Assembly: GCA_029259115.1 (NCBI GenBank)
Contig: JAPDJO010000015.1
Coordinates: 1-13,314 of the forward strand
Length of the DNA: 13,314 bases
DNA from: Thermoplasmatota archaeon
GTDB lineage: Archaea; Thermoplasmatota; E2; DHVEG-1; B18-G2
Reading direction: 5' to 3'
This document shows, piece by piece, positions 8,747 through 13,314 of this stretch. The first letter of the stretch is position 1; the number at the start of each line of letters is the position of its first letter. The position numbers were made by a program, and so were the translations under genes. The notes below the pieces were generated by a model that had not been told where the DNA came from, ran no database searches, and saw nothing but the letters and a program-made list of their open reading frames with translations.

Positions 8747-8767
8747 TCTACCCCTCTCATTTACCCC

Positions 8768-10015
8768 TTGAGGATGAGCGAAGATATCAAAGCAGTCTTC
8801 CTCGGCGGAGGAAGCGAGGTAGGAAAGCTTGGCCTAGTCTTAGAGATAGAGGATATCAGGTTACTACTAGACTATGGTATATCTCCAACAAAACCGCCTT
8901 CCTATCCGATGGAAGCTCCTCCTGTTGATCTTGCTCTTCTAACTCATGCCCATCTAGATCACTGTGGAATGTTTCCTTATCTGGTAAAAGAGCAAGATGT
9001 TCCTATATGGACCACTGATTTAACAAGAGAGGTTAGCAATATATTACATATTGATTCTCTCAAGGTTGCCAAAGTGGAAGGCTATGCTTATCCTTATGAT
9101 AAAGTTGATGTGAAAGAGGCTTACCATAGAGTTATACCAATAAAACCCTTTGAAACTAGACCAATAGGCGATCTAGATCTTAAAACATATCCAGCTGGAC
9201 ATATACCTGGATCCCTGATGTTCAAAATAGAAAACTCCTCTAGGAGCATACTCTTTAGTGGAGATATAAACACGATAGACACTAGACTCTTACTTGGAAC
9301 GAAGCCTGTGAAATGCGATATCCTGTTCCTCGAGGGGACATACTCTGGGAGAGATCATCCTGACAGGAAAGAACTAGAAAAGGAATTTATAGATACGATA
9401 GATGAGGTTGTAAGTAAAGGAGGTATAGCTATTATTCCTGTCTTCGCTGTCTCAAGATCCCAAGAAATAGCCATGATTTTGAGTAACTCTGGTTTTGATG
9501 TGTGGATGGATGGGATGGGAGAAAAGATAGCAAAGATATTTCTGAGATATCCAAGATATCTAAGATCTGAGAAAAACTTGAGGAAAGCTCTATCAAGAGT
9601 AAGAATGGTGAAAACCTCTCAGAACAGGAAACACGCCTTGAAAGGAGAGGTTATACTGACTACCAGTGGAATGCTTGATGGGGGTCCTGTGTTATGGTAT
9701 ATAGAGAAGTTAAGGAAGGATCCCAAAAGTGCAATTCTCTTAACTGGTTATCAGGTCGAAGGGACAAATGGTAGACAACTCCTGGATAAAGGCAGCCTAG
9801 ATTTCTATGGCGTGAGCCAGAAGGTTGAGTGTCAAGTATATTATTTCGATTTTTCAGCCCACGCTGGTCACAAAGAGTTGGTCAACTTTGCTAAAGGATG
9901 TTCTCCAGAAAAAGTAGTTTTATTCCATAGCGACAATAGAGAACCATTAGCTGAGGATCTAAAGGATTTTGCCGAGGTTATAATACCTGAAAACGGTAAA
10001 CCATTCAACTTGTAG
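8768..10015 (+). CDS. beta-CASP metallo-beta-lactamase ribonuclease lacking N-terminal KH domains (aCPSF1b/aCPSF2-like); start TTG8768 or ATG8774
   Basis: FLGGGSEVG, LDYG, THAHLDHCG, AGHIPGS, SGD, EGTY, PVFAVSRSQE, SGMLDGG, GYQVEGT and FSAHAGH motifs; 415 aa. Confidence 0.92.
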   Translation: MRMSEDIKAVFLGGGSEVGKLGLVLEIEDIRLLLDYGISPTKPPSYPMEAPPVDLALLTHAHLDHCGMFPYLVKEQDVPIWTTDLTREVSNILHIDSLKVAKVEGYAYPYDKVDVKEAYHRVIPIKPFETRPIGDLDLKTYPAGHIPGSLMFKIENSSRSILFSGDINTIDTRLLLGTKPVKCDILFLEGTYSGRDHPDRKELEKEFIDTIDEVVSKGGIAIIPVFAVSRSQEIAMILSNSGFDVWMDGMGEKIAKIFLRYPRYLRSEKNLRKALSRVRMVKTSQNRKHALKGEVILTTSGMLDGGPVLWYIEKLRKDPKSAILLTGYQVEGTNGRQLLDKGSLDFYGVSQKVECQVYYFDFSAHAGHKELVNFAKGCSPEKVVLFHSDNREPLAEDLKDFAEVIIPENGKPFNL

Positions 10016-10026
10016 GAGGTCTTTTT

Positions 10027-11268
10027 ATGAAGGAACTAAGCGATGTTGAGAGATATGAATTTAAGAAAAAATTGGAAGAGATAAAATCTTGTAAGGGTCA
10101 GCATACCGAGCTCATTTCCCTCTATATTCCTCCAAATAGACAAATATCTGATGTGATGTCATATCTCAGAAATGAATACTCACAATCAACAAATATCAAA
10201 TCTAAAACAACACGAAAAAACGTACTTTCAGCCATAGAATCTATAATGAGTAGATTGAGATACTTTAAAAAACCTCCAGAAAATGGTCTCGTATTCTTTG
10301 TTGGTCATAAGTCTATAGGAGCTGATAAAACAGAGATGGTAACATATGTTATAGAGCCCCCTGTTCCTGTTCAATCTTTCATTTACAGATGTGATTCCTC
10401 ATTCTATACGCAACCTCTTGAGGAAATACTTACAGAAAGAGATGTTTATGGGTTGTTTCTTATTGATAGGAGAGAATGTACTATAGGTATTCTGAGAGGA
10501 AAGAGGATAGAGCTCATAGATTATTTGACATCTAGAGTTCCAGGAAAACATGGAAGAGGTGGACAAAGTCAAAGAAGATTTGAGAGGTTAATAGAAATTG
10601 CTGCCCATGAATGGTTTGAGAAGTGTGGAAAGAAGATCAGTGAAATCTTCCTGAATGAGAAAGACTTGAAAGGTATATTCGTTGGAGGACCTGGACCTAC
10701 AAAATATCACTTTGTTGAAGGAGATTACTTGCATTACGAGATTAAGAACAAAATCATTGACATATTTGATACAGGGTATACAGATGAATCTGGGTTGAGA
10801 GAGCTAGTAGAGATAGCTTCGCAGAGGATGGGAGATTTAAAGATTTCTAGAGAGAAAAAGATTATGAAGAGATTTCTCAAGGAGATAACAAAGAGAGGAA
10901 AATCACTTGCAGTTTATGGAGAGGAAGATGTAAGGAAAGCTTTAGAAATGGGGGCACTGGATACTCTGCTCCTATCAGAAAATCTGAGCAGATATAGAGT
11001 GAAGCTGGTCTGCGATTCTTGTGGTCATGAAGAGGAGAGGACTTTGAGCAAAAGTGAAATAAAAAGCATAGAGAGAAATCCTCCAAAGTGTAAAAAATGT
11101 AATGGAAATATGGTGATAAAAGATAAAATCGATATGATAGAGGAGCTTTCCAAAAAGGCATTAGAGATGGGAACAAAGGTCGAACTCATATCTAGTGATA
11201 GCGAAGAGGGTGCTACATTGCTAAGTACATTTGGTGGTATCGCTGGGATATTAAGATTTGAGGTTTAA
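10027..11268 (+). CDS. prf1: Peptide chain release factor aRF1
   Basis: TELISLYIP, NIKS, YRCDSSF (YxCxxxF), HGRGGQS, CxxC...CxxC mini-domain and C-terminal FGGIAGILRF; SD GGAGGT at 10015-10020. Confidence 0.98.
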   Translation: MKELSDVERYEFKKKLEEIKSCKGQHTELISLYIPPNRQISDVMSYLRNEYSQSTNIKSKTTRKNVLSAIESIMSRLRYFKKPPENGLVFFVGHKSIGADKTEMVTYVIEPPVPVQSFIYRCDSSFYTQPLEEILTERDVYGLFLIDRRECTIGILRGKRIELIDYLTSRVPGKHGRGGQSQRRFERLIEIAAHEWFEKCGKKISEIFLNEKDLKGIFVGGPGPTKYHFVEGDYLHYEIKNKIIDIFDTGYTDESGLRELVEIASQRMGDLKISREKKIMKRFLKEITKRGKSLAVYGEEDVRKALEMGALDTLLLSENLSRYRVKLVCDSCGHEEERTLSKSEIKSIERNPPKCKKCNGNMVIKDKIDMIEELSKKALEMGTKVELISSDSEEGATLLSTFGGIAGILRFEV

Positions 11269-11310
11269 ATTTATAAATATGTCATCTATAAAAACCGATG
11301 ATTTTATAAA
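11269..11310 (+). promoter_or_regulatory. Candidate TATA boxes for the OPT transporter gene
   Basis: Two TTTATAAA copies (11270-11277 and 11303-11310); the second is about 35-42 nt upstream of ATG11345. Confidence 0.4.
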
Positions 11311-11344
11311 GGAAAAAAGCCATTTAATCTAATTGGTAATAACC

Positions 11345-13314
11345 ATGAGCAGGGAAGATTTCAAATCCTTTATACCTGCTGAGCAAACGATTCCCGAGAT
11401 GACTCTAAGAGCTGTTTTGATCGGTGCTATTCTTGCTGTCATTTTGAGTGCTGCAAATGCCTATCTTGGGTTGTATGCAGGAATGACGGTTTCAGCGGTT
11501 ATTCCTGGAGCTGTGATGGCATTCGCAATATTGAGACCTTTCAAAGGAACCATCCTTGAGGTTAACTTGGCGATGATGGGAGCTGCATCTGGAGAAGCTC
11601 TTGCGGCTGGTGTTATATTTACGATTCCAGCGCTAATAATCTTAGGAGAATGGAGTAGCATCCATTACCTCGAAACCGCTCTGATAGCGATGATTGGAGG
11701 TGTTCTCGGAGTTCTTTGGATGGTTCCTCTCAGAAGAGCTCTGATAGTCAAAACAGATTTACCATTTCCTGAAGGTGTAGCTGTCGCTGCTGTCCTGACT
11801 ACAACTGTAGGGGGCAAAAAGGCAAGATCAAAGGGATCTGGCATAAGCGCCGCTTGGCTTCTGGTAGGTGCTTTGCTTGCTGGTCTTTACAAGTTTGGGC
11901 AGGTTTCTCTTAGGGCTTTTAAAGGGATGGTAGAAGGCGTTATAAGTGTAGGAAAATATACAATAGATGGTGTAGACAGAGAAGGATGGATGTATGGTGG
12001 TTTAGCAACATCACCTGCCCTTTTGGCTGTGGGATGGATCATAGGACCTAGGATTGCTTCGTTTGTTTTAGTTGGAGGTCTCATTGGATGGGTAATTATA
12101 CTTCCTGTAGCTGTTCTTATGGGAGGATGGCCAGCAACGATAACAGATCCTCTTGAAGGTGTATACCACATATGGAAACATCAGATAAGATATATTGGAG
12201 TAGGAGCGATGCTTGTTGGAGGACTATGGACGATATGGAAACTTAGATCTAATTTGGCTGCAGGTATAAGAGAGGCTGTGCATGGGATGAAGGCAGGAGT
12301 CGAAACAGGCTCTAAAAAGAGAACGGATAGAGATCTCAACATGAAGACTGTATTTCTACTCATAGGACTGATGGTTATACCCACATTTTTAGTCTATGTA
12401 TGGATATCCAACATGTATGCTCTTTCCGGAATAATGGCGATCTATGCTGTGCTTTTTGCATTCATAGCCAGCGCAATCGCAGGATACATGGCTGGTTTAG
12501 TTGGCTCTTCAAACAACCCAATATCTGGTGTAACCGTAGCGGTTCTGCTTATAACCAGTTTAATTTTGTTTGCTGCTGGATTGGGAGCTGAAGGTATAGC
12601 AATAGCTATACTCATCGCAGCAGTGATATGCTGTGCAGCAGCCATATCTGGAGATGTCTTGCAATCTCTCGCATGCGGACAAATGGTTGGAGCTACACCA
12701 TGGAGGCAACAGTTGATGGAGATAATAGGCGTAATTATAGCAGCACCAGTTATAGCGTATGTAGTACAGATGCTGGATATGGCGTTCCACATAGGTAGTA
12801 AGAATCTCCCAGCACCCCAAGCTTTCCTCATGGGAGGAATAGCCAGAGGTATATTAACTGGAGAAATGGTATGGCTTTATGTTCTGGTAGGAGCTGTACT
12901 AGCTTTTGTCTTAATTTTACTAGATATTCCTATACTGCCTGTCGCTATAGGAATATATCTTCCTTTCACCATATCTGCATCGATATTTGTTGGCGGAGTA
13001 ATAAGGCACTTCACAAATAGAGTTATAGAGAAGAGATACGGAACTGCTGAGGAAGAGGAGATAAGTGACTGGGAGTTGGCGATAAAACAGACTGGTATAA
13101 AACCAAAAGAGAAAGCAATAAGAACAGGTCTGTTGCTCAGTGCAGGATTTGTGGCTGGAGAAGCGATAATGGGAGTTATCGCAGCTATGATATTCGTGAG
13201 TGGTATTCATCTAGCGATGTTTCCACAAGGACAAGAGCCGTGGTGGCCTGGATTACTGATATGGATTTATCTAGGTGCTTTGCTATTCTATATCCCACTG
13301 AGGGAGATACTTGC
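11345..13314 (+). CDS. Oligopeptide transporter, OPT family (3'-truncated by the window edge, at least 656 aa)
   Basis: Manual translation gives MSREDFKSFIPAEQTIPEMTLRAVLIGAILAVILSAANAYLGLYAGMTVSAVIP, then SGEALAAGVIFTIPA, PLRRALIV..LPFPEG, AGLVGSSNNPISG, GATPWRQQ and LPAPQA; the same frame holds at 12482 and to the end (WIYLGALLFYIPLREIL). Confidence 0.95.
   Translation, partial: MSREDFKSFIPAEQTIPEMTLRAVLIGAILAVILSAANAYLGLYAGMTVSAVIPGAVMAFAILRPFKGTILEVNLAMMGAASGEALAAGVIFTIPALIILGEWSSIHYLETALIAMIGGVLGVLWMVPLRRALIVKTDLPFPEGVAVAAVLTTTVGGKKARSKGSGISAAWLLVGALLAGLYKFGQVSLRAFKGMVEGVISVGKYTIDGVDREGWMYGGLATSPALLAVGWIIGPRIASFVLVGGLIGWVIILPVAVLMGGWPATITDPLEGVYHIWKHQIRYIGVGAMLVGGLWTIWKLRSNLAAGIREAVHGMKAGVETGSKKRTDRDLNMKTVFLLIGLMVIPTFLVYVWISNMYALSGIMAIYAVLFAFIASAIAGYMAGLVGSSNNPISGVTVAVLLITSLILFAAGLGAEGIAIAILIAAVICCAAAISGDVLQSLACGQMVGATPWRQQLMEIIGVIIAAPVIAYVVQMLDMAFHIGSKNLPAPQAFLMGGIARGILTGEMVWLYVLVGAVLAFVLILLDIPILPVAIGIYLPFTISASIFVGGVIRHFTNRVIEKRYGTAEEEEISDWELAIKQTGIKPKEKAIRTGLLLSAGFVAGEAIMGVIAAMIFVSGIHLAMFPQGQEPWWPGLLIWIYLGALLFYIPLREIL

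Noticed and set aside
2407-10015. Amber recoding (pyrrolysine) or an alternative genetic code
   Set aside because: TAG ends rps15, the DHH gene and the beta-CASP gene at expected lengths, all three stop codons are used, aRF1 motifs are canonical, and no conserved gene has an internal stop.
1965-11176. Short antisense or off-frame ORFs (1965-2159, 3037-3288, 3999-4193, 4548-4763, 6401-6586, 7058-7243, 8512-8739, 10877-11176)
   Set aside because: All lie wholly inside conserved genes and have no recognisable domains; shadow ORFs.
11461-13210. ORF-track calls in the last 2 kb
   Set aside because: They are shadows of the + strand OPT transporter gene.
1-13314. CRISPR array, IS/transposase, integrase, tRNA/rRNA, intein or defence system
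   Set aside because: No regularly spaced repeats, terminal-repeat-bounded elements, GC-rich structured RNA stretches or oversized proteins were seen; the beta-CASP and DHH nucleases are housekeeping types in core context.

Overview
AT-rich archaeal chromosomal segment, mostly housekeeping. Archaeal origin is supported by uS15, Pcc1, aRF1 and TATA/BRE promoters; Thermoplasmatota-like is only a tentative inference. From left to right: (i) an accessory block of a 2-TM Zn-ribbon protein, a multi-TM membrane protein and a winged-HTH regulator, with a palindromic candidate operator in front of the last two; (ii) rps15 - DHH/RecJ-like nuclease - pcc1 - methanogen-type (Zn-dependent) serS; (iii) a minus-strand PAPS-dependent sulfotransferase whose stop codon directly abuts the serS stop; (iv) a tightly packed stomatin/SPFH - NfeD protease - beta-CASP ribonuclease - aRF1 run; (v) an OPT-family oligopeptide transporter that starts at 11345, runs off the right edge and is absent from the supplied ORF track. 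I found no mobile element, CRISPR array, tRNA or rRNA, and no clearly novel multi-gene system. The best leads are the sulfotransferase, the excess of AGATCT/TCTAGA palindromes, a 24-bp motif shared by two gene junctions, a tandem operator, and a possible read-through coupling upstream of aRF1.
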